From: an uncultured bacterium | Lineage (GTDB): Bacteria; Hydrogenedentota; Hydrogenedentia; Hydrogenedentales; Hydrogenedentaceae | Direction: 5' to 3' | Length of the DNA stretch: 64,000 bases | Assembly (NCBI GenBank): GCA_937124615.1 | Contig: CAKZKR010000043.1 | Coordinates: 1,615-65,614 of the forward strand | In this document: positions 50,245-61,042 of the stretch, in pieces | How positions within the stretch are numbered: position 1 is the stretch's first letter | How the letters are laid out: each line of letters opens with the position of its first letter | Notes under the pieces: model-generated | What the model saw: only the letters and a program-made list of their open reading frames with translations | The model's database searches: none | What the model was told of the DNA's origin: nothing | Position numbers and translations under genes: made by a program

Positions 50245-51750
50245 ATGACACATAAAAATGTATTATGGATTATCAGTGATGAGTTTCGGGCGGATTGCCT
50301 CAGTTACACAGGGAACACCATCATTCAAACTCCGAATTTAGATAGATTATGCCAAGAAGGTACTGTTTTTTCCAATTGCTTTGCTCAATCTGCACCCTGT
50401 GCTCCCAGTCGTATGTGTATGTTCACCGGCAGATATATGTTTTCGCATGGCTGTGTCTGGAACAAAACACCCTTAAAAAATGCAGAAGAAAACATTGCGT
50501 ACTACCTACAAAATTATGGATACGAACCTGCACTTATTGGATATAACGACTATGCGAAAGACCCAGACATTCTACCACTTAATCATCCCCATCGTTCCTC
50601 ATTAAGTTACGAATACGCTTTACCCGGATTCAATCACTTATTTCAACATGAATACGATTCTCCCGAATGGTATGCATACTTAAAAGAAAAAGGCTATCCC
50701 GATGAACAATGTACCTGTGAATTTATGTGTCAACCTGATGTCCCCCTCGATGGGCCAGGAAAACATTTGCCAGAATACTATCCTGCACGATATAAAACGG
50801 AACATAGTGAATGTAGATTTATCACTGAAACAGCAATTGATTATATAGATAAAAACAAACAGTTTCCATGGTTCTTATCTTTAAATTACATCAAACCGCA
50901 CAGCCCTAATCTATGTTCTGACCCCTACCACAAACTTTATCGCCATGCCAAATTCCCACCCCCTATACGAGCCGACCTGAATTATTACCAGAACGACCCT
51001 TATTTCCAACGATTAGGAAAAGACACATGCAATGCCTTAATTAACCCAATCCATTTGCAAGATTTTCGTTCCGCATATTACGGGATGATTACAGAACTGG
51101 ATTATAATCTTGGACTCTTATTTGATTACTTAACAGAGACCAACTTATGGGAAAACACCCTTATTATTTTCTCTTCCGACCACGGCGAATATCTCGGAGA
51201 CCACTACTTAACAGGGAAGTGTCACTATTTCGATAGTGCTTATCATGTTCCCTTGATTATCTATGACCCTTCCGAACAAGCAAATATTACCCGTAGACAA
51301 ATCATTGATGATTTAGTGGAACTAATTGATATTGTCCCCACAGTATGCGAATTTCTTCGTATACCCCTATATCCTTTATTTCAGGGGAAATCATTACTAC
51401 CTCGTATTTATGGGGAGGTAAATACAGTTAACAGGGAAGCTGTATTCTCTGAATATTACTACTATTATCATCTCCGATCTGAAGAACAAGTAAAGACAGT
51501 TCCTGAGAAATGCGTTCTTTGTGCCGTCCGTGATAAGAGGTATAAATATGTCTTTTTTGGAGAAGAATACTTACCGTCTCGACTTTTTGACATTTCCACC
51601 CCTTATGGGGAATTGAATAACCTCTTGCTCACTACGGGATATGATTCACGAGCTCATCATTATCTATCCATGCTTATGCGCTGGCGGATAAAAAATGCAG
51701 ACTGGAGTATGGAACAGTGGGCTCATGCTTTTCGTTCCTCAGACGAATAA
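50245..51750 (+). CDS. sulfatase / phosphonate monoester hydrolase family
   Basis: formylglycine motif CAPSR..FTGRY, KPHSP, SSDHGEYLGDH. Confidence 0.88.
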   Translation: MTHKNVLWIISDEFRADCLSYTGNTIIQTPNLDRLCQEGTVFSNCFAQSAPCAPSRMCMFTGRYMFSHGCVWNKTPLKNAEENIAYYLQNYGYEPALIGYNDYAKDPDILPLNHPHRSSLSYEYALPGFNHLFQHEYDSPEWYAYLKEKGYPDEQCTCEFMCQPDVPLDGPGKHLPEYYPARYKTEHSECRFITETAIDYIDKNKQFPWFLSLNYIKPHSPNLCSDPYHKLYRHAKFPPPIRADLNYYQNDPYFQRLGKDTCNALINPIHLQDFRSAYYGMITELDYNLGLLFDYLTETNLWENTLIIFSSDHGEYLGDHYLTGKCHYFDSAYHVPLIIYDPSEQANITRRQIIDDLVELIDIVPTVCEFLRIPLYPLFQGKSLLPRIYGEVNTVNREAVFSEYYYYYHLRSEEQVKTVPEKCVLCAVRDKRYKYVFFGEEYLPSRLFDISTPYGELNNLLLTTGYDSRAHHYLSMLMRWRIKNADWSMEQWAHAFRSSDE

Positions 51751-51753
51751 AAT

Positions 51754-51790
51754 AAACCCTTTCCTCTGCATGAAACAGAAGAAAGGGTTT
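51754..51790. terminator. hairpin terminator between convergent genes
   Basis: AAACCCTTTC(C)TCTG...CAGA(A)GAAAGGGTTT inverted repeat. Confidence 0.75.
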
Positions 51791-51819
51791 GATTGGCAAT
51801 CAAGATTATTTGCAGTTAA

Positions 51820-52986
51820 TTACTCACAGAGTTCAAATACACCGGCCGCACCCATACCACCACCGATACACATGGTCTCAAGACCCCATTTCACTCCACG
51901 GCGACGCATCTCATAAATCAATGTGCATGCAAGTTTGGCCCCGGTGCATCCCAATGGATGTCCAAGAGCAATGGCACCACCGTTAACATTCACGATATCC
52001 GGATTCAAACCAAGAGTTTTAATTACATATAGGGTTTGTGATGCAAACGCTTCATTACATTCTACTAAACCAATATCATCGATAGTAATTCCTGCCTGAC
52101 GACATGCTTCCTGAATTGCCGGTATTTGAGCAGGTCCTAAGTATCCCGGGTCCCCAGCGCCAACTGCATATCCCCTTAACTTTGCCAACGGCTTCAAATT
52201 GAATTCTTTTACAACATCTTCACTCACTATTACTGTTGCTGCTGCACCGCAACTCGTTTGACTTGCATTCCCGGCTGTGGTAACACCTTTACCCGCAGGT
52301 CCCTGGAAAGCCAATTTTAACTTGGCCAATCCTTCAAGAGTAGTATCCGGACGAGGACCTTCATCTGTATCAAAGATAAAAGTTTTCCCATCCAAACCCT
52401 TTACTTCTATCGGGACAATTTCTTCTTTGAATTTACCCTCTTGAATTGCTTTTAAAGCCAATTGATTACTACGGAACCCCCACTGGTCACACTCTTCGCG
52501 TGTTATACCGAAATCATTGGCAACATTGTCTGCACATTGTCCCATAGAGGTATAGGCTCTTGGGTTTTTGCGAATCAAATGCGGATTCGGACATATTTTG
52601 TTTCCACCCATAGGAATTACGCTCATACTTTCCACTCCACCAGCAATACCAATATCCAGCATATCGCACTCAATTTTTGTAGCCAAAATAGACATTGTAT
52701 CCAATCCTGATGAACAAAACCGATTTACAGTTTCACCAGATATAGTATCGGGAAGCCCTGCAACTAACAGACCAATACGACCTACATTCATTCCAGCCTC
52801 GGCTTCAGGAAAAGCACAACCGATAATACAATCCTGAAATCGTTCGGCTGGTATTCCCGACCGTTTCACAACTTCTTTTAATACGGCCGCTAATAGGTCA
52901 TCGGGACGGACATGTGCGATAGCACTTCCTTTCTTAGATTTGCCTACCGCAGTCCTACATGCTGCTACAATATATGATTTTTCCAT
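51820..52986 (-). CDS. fadA: acetyl-CoA C-acyltransferase (thiolase)
   Basis: NRFCSSG, NEAFA, GGAIALGHPLG, CIGGG. Confidence 0.93.
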   Translation of the reverse strand: MEKSYIVAACRTAVGKSKKGSAIAHVRPDDLLAAVLKEVVKRSGIPAERFQDCIIGCAFPEAEAGMNVGRIGLLVAGLPDTISGETVNRFCSSGLDTMSILATKIECDMLDIGIAGGVESMSVIPMGGNKICPNPHLIRKNPRAYTSMGQCADNVANDFGITREECDQWGFRSNQLALKAIQEGKFKEEIVPIEVKGLDGKTFIFDTDEGPRPDTTLEGLAKLKLAFQGPAGKGVTTAGNASQTSCGAAATVIVSEDVVKEFNLKPLAKLRGYAVGAGDPGYLGPAQIPAIQEACRQAGITIDDIGLVECNEAFASQTLYVIKTLGLNPDIVNVNGGAIALGHPLGCTGAKLACTLIYEMRRRGVKWGLETMCIGGGMGAAGVFELCE

Positions 52987-53012
52987 ATTTAATCCTCCTT
53001 ACAACTTTAAGG

Positions 53013-55412
53013 TTAATTCCGCAATGGTTTACCTGTGGTTAACATGTGTTGAATTCTTTGTTGTGTTTTCTCTGTCCCGCAGAGACTGCAGAATGCTTCA
53101 CATTCCAAGTCAAGCAGGTCTTGTTCGGTGATAGGTGTCCCTTCTGCACGGTCACCACCCGTCAGTATATATGCCACTTTGGTGGCAATAAGCATGTCGT
53201 GCTCGGAGGCAAAGCCGGCTTCCTTCATACCCCAAACAGCCGCTTCAAATGCAGCGCGAGGAGTTTCTCCTAAGGCCCAGAGTTTCGGAGGTCTGGGGGG
53301 TCTATATCCTGCCTGTATTAGACTCAAGCAAACATTCTTTGCTCTTCCTACTTGAAGTTCAAAATTCGGTTCGATAATATCCGTTGGTCTTAAGTAGCCT
53401 AACTCAACAACTTCTGCACCGCTTGTACCAACTTTTGCCATTGCAATATCTTCAAAGGAACGACGGATGAATGGGAACGGGTCTGCATTTACACTTTCCG
53501 GAATTAATTCCAATGCACGAACTGTCATTTCCTTCGTTCCACCTCCTGCGGGGATTACACCAACACCAGCCTCTACCAAACCCGCATAGGTTTCTCCTGC
53601 AATAACACATTTCGCTGCATGCATACAGATTTCAAGACCACCACCGAAGGTATAATGATGAGGAGCAATAACCACAGGTCTCGAGCAATATTTCATCCTC
53701 ATATTCGCTCCCTGTAAACCACGAACCATTGCTTCAATTGCCCCCCAATCTTGTTGCATAATTTGTCCCAAAATTAAGAACAAATTGGCACCGGCACTGA
53801 AATGAGGTCCCTGGTTTGCAACAACCATGCCTTCATATTTGCCTTCTTCTAACAAATCGACACCTTTACTCAACATCATGACGATGTCCGCATCAACCGC
53901 ATTCATCTTGCAATGAAATTCACAGCAGATAATTCCATCACCAATATCAATCAAACTGGCACTATCATTTCTATCAATCTCTTTACCCGGTTGTGCTTTT
54001 ACAACAGACAAGCGAATTTCTTTCGGATTCTTTGGAACAGGTTTATACGAGTTTGTGGAAATATCGAAGAAATAATCTACTCCATCTTCTGTTTTATAGA
54101 AAGAACTCCCACCTATCTTCTTAACTGCTTGTGCAATTGCGGGCAACTCAATTCCTTCTGCTTCCATTCGCTTACATACCTCATCAAAACCTAACATATC
54201 CCAGGTTTCAAAGATACCTGCTTCCCACGCAAATCCCCATTTCACTGCATTATCAATGTTCACAATATCATCTGAAATTTCAGGAATACGGTTGCTCGCA
54301 TATTTGGCCACATGGGCAAATAATTTAAATACAAATTTAGCACCCTTGTCTTCACTAAAATGCATCACCTTTAATTTTTCGGCAAGGTCTTCAATACTCC
54401 GAACGGCTCCGGTACAATCGAATTTCGCTTTTACAGGGTCCCGATACTCAACTGTGGCCGGGTCAATCGCTTGAACAATGGCCTTACCCTTCTCATCTTT
54501 TTTATCTGTCTTCTTATAAAAACCGCTACCGGTTTTGTTACCCCACAACTTCTTCTCTACCATCTTCTCTACCCAATCGGGCATCTTGAAGTAGTCTCTG
54601 CTCTCGTCATCCGGGCAACCATCATATACATTTTTCACGACCTTAACAAAGGTGTCCAGTCCAACGAGGTCTGCTGTGCGAAATGTAGCCGAACTGGCAT
54701 GTCCAATAGCCGGTCCTGTTAAAGCATCAATTTCTTCAACAGTCAAACCTTCCTTTGTCATCTCGTGCAATATGAAAGACATTGTAAAAGTTAAAATACG
54801 ATTAGCTATGAAGTTCGGCGTATCTTTGGCATAAACGATACCTTTCCCTAATACATTCTCACCAAACCAAGCTATAGTATCAATCACCTCTGGCCGTGTA
54901 TCGGGTCCTGGAATAAGTTCCAGCAATCTCAGATAGCGAGGCGGATTAAAGAAATGTGTCCCCATGAAATGTTGGCTCATTTCTTTAGGCATGCTTTCTG
55001 CCATAGCACGAATGGGAATACCGCTTGTGTTCGATGTTACAATACTTCCAGGTTTACGATGCTGAGCGACCTGAGCATAAACTTGTTTTTTAATGTCCAG
55101 ATTTTCCATCACTACTTCAATAATCCAATCGCAATCTGCTATCTTATGCATGTCATCCTCAAAATTCCCTGTCTCTATCATATTCAAATAACTTTTGCTG
55201 TAAAGAGGTGACGGTTTTGCTTTCAACAGATTTGCTTTATTACCCTCGACCAGCTCATTCCGTTTTTTTGCCTTTTTCTTGTCATCATCAGAGAGGTTTG
55301 GAGTTACTATATCCAGCATAATGCTGGGAACTCCACAGTTGGCAAGGTGTGCTGCAATTGCTGCACCCATTACGCCAGAGCCTAACACTGCCGCTTTTCG
55401 AATTTCCCTCAT
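53013..55412 (-). CDS. fadN: 3-hydroxyacyl-CoA dehydrogenase/enoyl-CoA hydratase (FadN type)
   Basis: GSGVMGAAIAAH, SNTSG, HFFNPPRYL, FSAGANL, GLVEAGVG, ends TGKPLRN. Confidence 0.9.
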   Translation of the reverse strand: MREIRKAAVLGSGVMGAAIAAHLANCGVPSIMLDIVTPNLSDDDKKKAKKRNELVEGNKANLLKAKPSPLYSKSYLNMIETGNFEDDMHKIADCDWIIEVVMENLDIKKQVYAQVAQHRKPGSIVTSNTSGIPIRAMAESMPKEMSQHFMGTHFFNPPRYLRLLELIPGPDTRPEVIDTIAWFGENVLGKGIVYAKDTPNFIANRILTFTMSFILHEMTKEGLTVEEIDALTGPAIGHASSATFRTADLVGLDTFVKVVKNVYDGCPDDESRDYFKMPDWVEKMVEKKLWGNKTGSGFYKKTDKKDEKGKAIVQAIDPATVEYRDPVKAKFDCTGAVRSIEDLAEKLKVMHFSEDKGAKFVFKLFAHVAKYASNRIPEISDDIVNIDNAVKWGFAWEAGIFETWDMLGFDEVCKRMEAEGIELPAIAQAVKKIGGSSFYKTEDGVDYFFDISTNSYKPVPKNPKEIRLSVVKAQPGKEIDRNDSASLIDIGDGIICCEFHCKMNAVDADIVMMLSKGVDLLEEGKYEGMVVANQGPHFSAGANLFLILGQIMQQDWGAIEAMVRGLQGANMRMKYCSRPVVIAPHHYTFGGGLEICMHAAKCVIAGETYAGLVEAGVGVIPAGGGTKEMTVRALELIPESVNADPFPFIRRSFEDIAMAKVGTSGAEVVELGYLRPTDIIEPNFELQVGRAKNVCLSLIQAGYRPPRPPKLWALGETPRAAFEAAVWGMKEAGFASEHDMLIATKVAYILTGGDRAEGTPITEQDLLDLECEAFCSLCGTEKTQQRIQHMLTTGKPLRN

Positions 55413-55622
55413 GGATTTTATACTCCTATAACTAGGTTAAAGGTTTTAATTTGATGAATCATTATACTTACCGTTCGTTATACAATATTTATAATACTAT
55501 CTGCAAATCAAAATTGCAAATTTTTTATTATCTCACAAGAAATACCTCGTATTTTTAATTTTATGGTTTTCTGCTACTCAGATTTTAGCAATTTTATAAT
55601 AATCAACCCAAATAAGCACCAC

Positions 55623-55665
55623 AAAAAAATAGGCTCTATATTTTTACATTATGATATAGAGCCTA
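55623..55665 (-). terminator. intrinsic terminator
   Basis: 12-bp stem TAGGCTCTATAT/ATATAGAGCCTA followed by T7 on the - strand. Confidence 0.75.
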
Positions 55666-55686
55666 TACAAATATCTATCTCGACTT

Positions 55687-56673
55687 TTACTCTTTCGCCC
55701 AACCATATTCAACGCGGGGCATCGGTTTCCCTTCCCTCTGCAAATAACGCAATTCTTTATAACTAATTAATTCTATACCTAATGATTTGATATATTCGCG
55801 TGTTTCTGGTTTACAGAAAAATTCTGTATCTGCTGTTCTACGACCTGCAGAACCTGTAGTAGCCTTCATTTCAGGTGTTAATTCTCCACAGTGGATATAA
55901 ATCTCAGAAACTTTACCCGCAGGTATTTGTGATAATCGTTCTTTCCACCAACTTTCCGTAGCTTCAATTGATGGAGGATCATCCATAAATAACTCATCCG
56001 GATGAAGGACTCCTAATTCGTCTGCTTTATCTATTAAATATTCCCCACCATATTTTTTCATCAACTCACGACCGGCCATACGGCAGGGCAAATTATAATC
56101 TTTTGCTATCTTGATATAAATCTCATGGTACCCCGGTGCATATTGCATCGTTCCCATGTGAGAATCTATATGTGTTACATCTATACCTGCTAACAAGGCT
56201 TTATCTATTTGCGCACGGACTTCCTTCTCTACATCTTCAGGCTTGGCATTTAAATATACAAAGGGGACATCTCCATAAAAATATCCCATCTCATCGCACA
56301 AACTGGGAACAGCCGTCCGCCCTAATACCGGTCCCCACTTATAACTACTCCATTCACTGGTTAATGTTGTATGAACACCTATACTTGCTTTTGGATTTTC
56401 TTTTACCAGCTTCACCGCCTCCATGAACCAGGGACAGGGGACCATTACTGTTGCAGAAGTTACTCCTCCAACCCTCAAAGCGCGGATCGTTGCCATATTT
56501 GTAGCATGATTCATTCCAAAATCATCTGCATTAATAATTAATACTTTCGTACCTGGAGAAAAACCCAACCGTTCTACTAATGAAGGCTTTGGCTGGGTAT
56601 CTTGAGCAATCGTGATAGTAGTAATCATAAAAATCAAAACAAAAGTTAAAATAAACAGCACATGGTTACTCAT
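55687..56673 (-). CDS. YdjC/ChbG-family carbohydrate deacetylase, secreted
   Basis: INADDFG, GVHTTLTSEW, THIDSHMG. Confidence 0.88.
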   Translation of the reverse strand: MSNHVLFILTFVLIFMITTITIAQDTQPKPSLVERLGFSPGTKVLIINADDFGMNHATNMATIRALRVGGVTSATVMVPCPWFMEAVKLVKENPKASIGVHTTLTSEWSSYKWGPVLGRTAVPSLCDEMGYFYGDVPFVYLNAKPEDVEKEVRAQIDKALLAGIDVTHIDSHMGTMQYAPGYHEIYIKIAKDYNLPCRMAGRELMKKYGGEYLIDKADELGVLHPDELFMDDPPSIEATESWWKERLSQIPAGKVSEIYIHCGELTPEMKATTGSAGRRTADTEFFCKPETREYIKSLGIELISYKELRYLQREGKPMPRVEYGWAKE

Positions 56674-56834
56674 AAAAAACTCCTTTCCTATAGAGAAATA
56701 GTTTGATATATATTTTCGTTAAAATATTGATTAAATTTTAGACTAAAATTATAAAATTTTTGTTTTACTTTATTTGTTCCTTGCATTATATTATATAGGG
56801 ATTATATAAAACTGTTTTAATCAAAGGATAACTT

Positions 56835-58598
56835 ATGCAACACAGCGTCCATTTTATAATCCTTTTTCTATTTATTTTATCAACTACGATAAACATATCC
56901 GCTCAATGGCAATCCCCATCTAAGGGACCCAAAATAGACTATACCACATTCGTTGAATACGAAAGCATAAAACCCGAAACACCCGTTAGAATTGCCATAC
57001 AATTTCAGTTAGAACCGGAATGGCACATCAACAGCAATAAACCCCTTGATGAATTTCTGATACCGACAGAAATCCAATTTGAAGAAAATGCCTTTATACA
57101 AATCAAAAAGATTATCTATCCTCCCTCTAAAGAAGTAAAGTTATCTTTTTCTAACGAACCGCTCTCTGTATTCGAAAACCTTTTTTTAATTGGCTTTGAA
57201 ATTGTAGTTCTATCTGATAACAAAAACCGTAGTTCCATAGAATTATCCGGTTCATTAAATTACCAACCTTGTAATGACCGACAATGCCTTCCCCCCTCTT
57301 CTATACCTATAAAAGTATCATTAAATATGGGCGATAATCTCATCCCTGCAAACGAAGAAACACAACAAAAGATAAAATTGATACCGTGGGATACAGCAGA
57401 ATCCCTTCCCGAAACAAAAATAACACAGGAAAAAGTTTTTACGGAAGAAACTTCAAAACAAACACCCATCCCAATTCCTGCTCAAGGGAATTGGGAAGAA
57501 CGAATTAAAGATTTTCAATTCGCTTCAAGATTAGATGGGTATGCTAACCGTGATGAATTTATCCGTTTTATCGATGCATCAGAACAGGAAACTTCAACTT
57601 CTACTTCGCGAAAATCAAGGTTAAACATCCTTTCGCTACTATTTATAATCCTTATTGGCGGACTTGCATTAAACCTTACCCCTTGCGTTTTACCTGTAAT
57701 CCCGCTGAACCTCGCTATCATCGGTGCTGGGGCTCGTGCAGGGTCGAAGATACGCGGTTTTCTGTTAGGTTTAGCCTATGGCTTGGGCATTTCCCTGGTC
57801 TATGGGGGTCTGGGAATTGCAGTTGTGCTGGGTTTTTCAAAGACATTCGGTTCTATCAATTCTACTTACTGGTTTAACGGCCTGATAACTTTACTATTTA
57901 TCGTGCTGGCCTTAGCCATGTTCGACTTTATCGTTATTGACTTTTCTCGTTTCCAGGCGTATATTGGCATTCGGAAAAATCCAAAAGGGAGTTTCTTTGT
58001 GGCACTATTCATGGGCGGAGTGTCCGCATTATTAGCCGGTGCTTGCGTAGCACCTGTTGTTATATCCACGATTCTTCAATCACAGGATTTATACAGTCAG
58101 GGATATACCTCTGCCCTTCTACTTCCTTTCTTATTAGGTATCGGAATGGCTTTACCATGGCCTGTATTAGGTGCAGGAATGACCCTTCTACCTAAACCCG
58201 GCAAATGGATGGAATATGTCAAGTATGGCTTTGGTATCTTCTTACTTGGCCTTGCCGTTTACTATGGATACACAACTTACACCCTCTTTAATGCAGGCAG
58301 TATCAAAACCGAACAAATTACTCAAGGCTGGTATACCTCATTGGCGGAAGGACTTGATGAAGCACAAAAAAACAATCAGCCGGTAATCATTGACTTCTGG
58401 GCTACATGGTGTAAAAACTGCATTGTTATGAACAAGACCGTTTTACCGGACGAAACAGTCAAACAAAAACTGAATAATTTTGTCAAAATTAAATATCAAG
58501 CAGAAAATCCTGACGAACCAACAGTGCGAAAAGTCCTTGACCACTTTGAAGTGTTGGGGCTACCCACATTTATTATATTGAAACCCAGACAAAAATAA
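56835..58598 (+). CDS. dsbD: thiol:disulfide interchange protein DsbD
   Basis: WHINS, CNDRQCLPP, LTPCVLP, GACVAP, WATWCKNC. Confidence 0.9.
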   Translation: MQHSVHFIILFLFILSTTINISAQWQSPSKGPKIDYTTFVEYESIKPETPVRIAIQFQLEPEWHINSNKPLDEFLIPTEIQFEENAFIQIKKIIYPPSKEVKLSFSNEPLSVFENLFLIGFEIVVLSDNKNRSSIELSGSLNYQPCNDRQCLPPSSIPIKVSLNMGDNLIPANEETQQKIKLIPWDTAESLPETKITQEKVFTEETSKQTPIPIPAQGNWEERIKDFQFASRLDGYANRDEFIRFIDASEQETSTSTSRKSRLNILSLLFIILIGGLALNLTPCVLPVIPLNLAIIGAGARAGSKIRGFLLGLAYGLGISLVYGGLGIAVVLGFSKTFGSINSTYWFNGLITLLFIVLALAMFDFIVIDFSRFQAYIGIRKNPKGSFFVALFMGGVSALLAGACVAPVVISTILQSQDLYSQGYTSALLLPFLLGIGMALPWPVLGAGMTLLPKPGKWMEYVKYGFGIFLLGLAVYYGYTTYTLFNAGSIKTEQITQGWYTSLAEGLDEAQKNNQPVIIDFWATWCKNCIVMNKTVLPDETVKQKLNNFVKIKYQAENPDEPTVRKVLDHFEVLGLPTFIILKPRQK

Positions 58599-58615
58599 AC
58601 TCTTTTATTTAAGAT

Positions 58616-60028
58616 ATGGAAGAAACTCTATTATACAGATTAATAGTTGAACATTTTTTTACCGTTATCGGTTTCTTACTCGCCGTTTTTCTTATTCTAA
58701 AAATTATCAGTGAACATCGCCGTCCCGGGGGAGCAATATCCTGGCTAATTGCCATTATTTTTGCACCGTATATCGGTGTACCTCTCTACTTTATACTCGG
58801 TGGAAGAAAAATTACAAAAAAAATAAACAGAAAAGAACCCCTTTACACCACACCGAATACAAAACCTGAACAGCCTGTAAAAAATCCAATTGAACGAGTT
58901 CTTTTATCCTCAGGAATGCCTTCCATAAGACAGACATTTTCCACGGTGTTCTTATTTGACGGTATCGATGCCTTCCATAAATTAATCGAGATTATCAACC
59001 ATGCAGAAGAATATATTTACTGCACTACCTTTATTTTAGGCAAAGACGAGACCGGATTCCGTATCATCAATGCATTAGCCGAAAAAGCAAAACAAGGGGT
59101 TCGAGTCTGCTTATTATTAGATAGTCTTGGTTGTTTAACTGTTACACAAAAAATGCTCCATCCCCTCCTTGATTCCGGTGGAGAAGTAGGCTTCTTTTTA
59201 CCCGTTCTCCCTTTTCGACGAAAATGGTCTGCAAACCTCCGCAACCATCGGAAAATCGTGATTGTAGATGGTAAAATTTCCATGATAGGGGGAATGAATC
59301 TTTCCAATAATTTTATGGGACCGAATCCCTCTCCAAAAAGATTCTTAGACAATGTCGTTTTCTTAACAGGGGAACCCATTTGCGATATTGAACAAGTATT
59401 TCGGAGCGACTGGTACTTCACAACAGAAAAAGAATTGCCCGAACCTAATATCCCTTCTTTTCTTACCGAGCCAAATATGAATACGCTCCCCGGACGGGTG
59501 CAGGTTGTCGCCAGTGGACCGGATGTCCCGGAAGACACACTATACGATGCTATTTTAACCGCCTGTATGGAAGCAAAAGAGAGAATCTGGATTGTTACTC
59601 CTTATTTTGTTCCGGACGAGCCCATTTTGAAAGCACTCACCCTACAGGCTCGAGCCGGACTGGATGTATCCATTATCCTACCCCAAAAATCCAACCATCT
59701 CATTGCAGACTTTGCACGAGGACCTGCCTTACGCGAACTGCTCAAAAGTGGAGCCAACATCTGGTTTTACGAAAAAGGTATGGTTCATTCAAAGTTATTG
59801 GTATTCGACCGCTATCTTGCTGTTACTGGCTCACCTAATCTTGATATTCGCAGTATGTATCTCAACTTTGAAATAGCCCTGTTCCACTACTCCCCGAATG
59901 AAATCGATGCCGTTTCAGGCTGGATCTATCAACTAATAAATAATTCACGGAAAGTATCTGTATTACCTGAAAAAACCTTCCAGATATGGATGGAAAACCT
60001 TAGCCTTCTTATAGCCCCTCTGATATAA
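58616..60028 (+). CDS. cls: cardiolipin synthase
   Basis: two HKD motifs (NHRKIVIVDG, HSKLLVFD), 2 N-terminal TMs, TPYFVP. Confidence 0.92.
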   Translation: MEETLLYRLIVEHFFTVIGFLLAVFLILKIISEHRRPGGAISWLIAIIFAPYIGVPLYFILGGRKITKKINRKEPLYTTPNTKPEQPVKNPIERVLLSSGMPSIRQTFSTVFLFDGIDAFHKLIEIINHAEEYIYCTTFILGKDETGFRIINALAEKAKQGVRVCLLLDSLGCLTVTQKMLHPLLDSGGEVGFFLPVLPFRRKWSANLRNHRKIVIVDGKISMIGGMNLSNNFMGPNPSPKRFLDNVVFLTGEPICDIEQVFRSDWYFTTEKELPEPNIPSFLTEPNMNTLPGRVQVVASGPDVPEDTLYDAILTACMEAKERIWIVTPYFVPDEPILKALTLQARAGLDVSIILPQKSNHLIADFARGPALRELLKSGANIWFYEKGMVHSKLLVFDRYLAVTGSPNLDIRSMYLNFEIALFHYSPNEIDAVSGWIYQLINNSRKVSVLPEKTFQIWMENLSLLIAPLI

Positions 60029-60154
60029 ACATTCATATACCTCCCCCGATTTTCCTTCAACACTCTTCTAAAAAAAACAAAGTTTCCTCTATGAATACAA
60101 AAATTAAATACATCTACAAGACACAACCAAAACTTGCTATCCAAATAGTCATAC

Positions 60155-60194
60155 AAAAAAACAAGTAGGGGCTTCCTTTTTCAAGCCCCTACTT
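60155..60194 (-). terminator. intrinsic terminator
   Basis: 12-bp stem AAGTAGGGGCTT/AAGCCCCTACTT followed by GTTTTTTT on the - strand. Confidence 0.85.
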
Positions 60195-60241
60195 AAAAAC
60201 GGAAACATCACTATTTCTTAACTTATATTACTACCAAAAAT

Positions 60242-60847
60242 CTAATTCCTTCCTCCACCAGAGCCTCCACCATTACCACCTCCATTATTATTTCCACCCC
60301 CACTATTTTCTCGATTATTCCAGCGGAAGATATTACCAAGCCACTCACGAATTCTCTCACGGACCATCTCTCGAATCACATTTCCCACCCCTTGAAGATT
60401 GTCAATTACTCGAACTTTTACCTCTTTTTCAACACTATCAGAAACTTTTATTTTAATAGACGAAGCCAACGGTGAAGTATTAGATAGCGACCCTAATACA
60501 GAATCATCTATCTTCACAGAGATATATTCCCTATCCCAGGGTCCCGCAGAAGTTCCTTCCTTCGGGTCTACGAGTACCCATTCATTTGCAGGTTCAACTG
60601 TAAACTCCATTTCCGTAGCAAATGGAAACCGATTCCAGACACGAACCACTCTGTCCGTACCTTTCTCAATGTCTTTTTTCGTAAAAACAAGATTTTTAGG
60701 CGCATAACCCAATTGCAATCCAATCCACCATTGAGGTGTCTGCTTGGCACTCATCAGGTCCTTTGTCAATTCGTTCAACTGCTCACAGCCTTGTAGCATC
60801 ATTAACATAGCAACACAGACACTCAATACTACTGCATACCTTTTCAT
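60242..60847 (-). CDS. lipoprotein with BACON/Ig-like domain and Gly/Asn-rich tail
   Basis: MKRYAVV...LQGC lipobox from ATG 60847; EWVLVDPKEG; GGGNNNGGGNGGGSGGGRN tail. Confidence 0.75.
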   Translation of the reverse strand: MKRYAVVLSVCVAMLMMLQGCEQLNELTKDLMSAKQTPQWWIGLQLGYAPKNLVFTKKDIEKGTDRVVRVWNRFPFATEMEFTVEPANEWVLVDPKEGTSAGPWDREYISVKIDDSVLGSLSNTSPLASSIKIKVSDSVEKEVKVRVIDNLQGVGNVIREMVRERIREWLGNIFRWNNRENSGGGNNNGGGNGGGSGGGRN

Positions 60848-61042
60848 TGTTTTAATTCCTCTGTTAGAGTTTCTCCTTTTGCCCAGCAAAATCCTTAACT
60901 ACATATAAATAACGACAACAAAAAAAACCATTACAAACATTTTACAAAAAAATTTTTTTCCCCCCACAATTATGTGTAAAATAAAAAAATTAAATAAATC
61001 TCATTCACAACTTAAATCAATTTAAAAAAAGGTATCCTAACT

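Noticed and set aside
60848..61042. tracrRNA or CRISPR array upstream of cas9
   Set aside because: AT-rich divergent promoter region with only an 8-bp inverted repeat (ATTTTACA/TGTAAAAT); no repeat-spacer pattern or tracr-like hairpins seen here or elsewhere in the window
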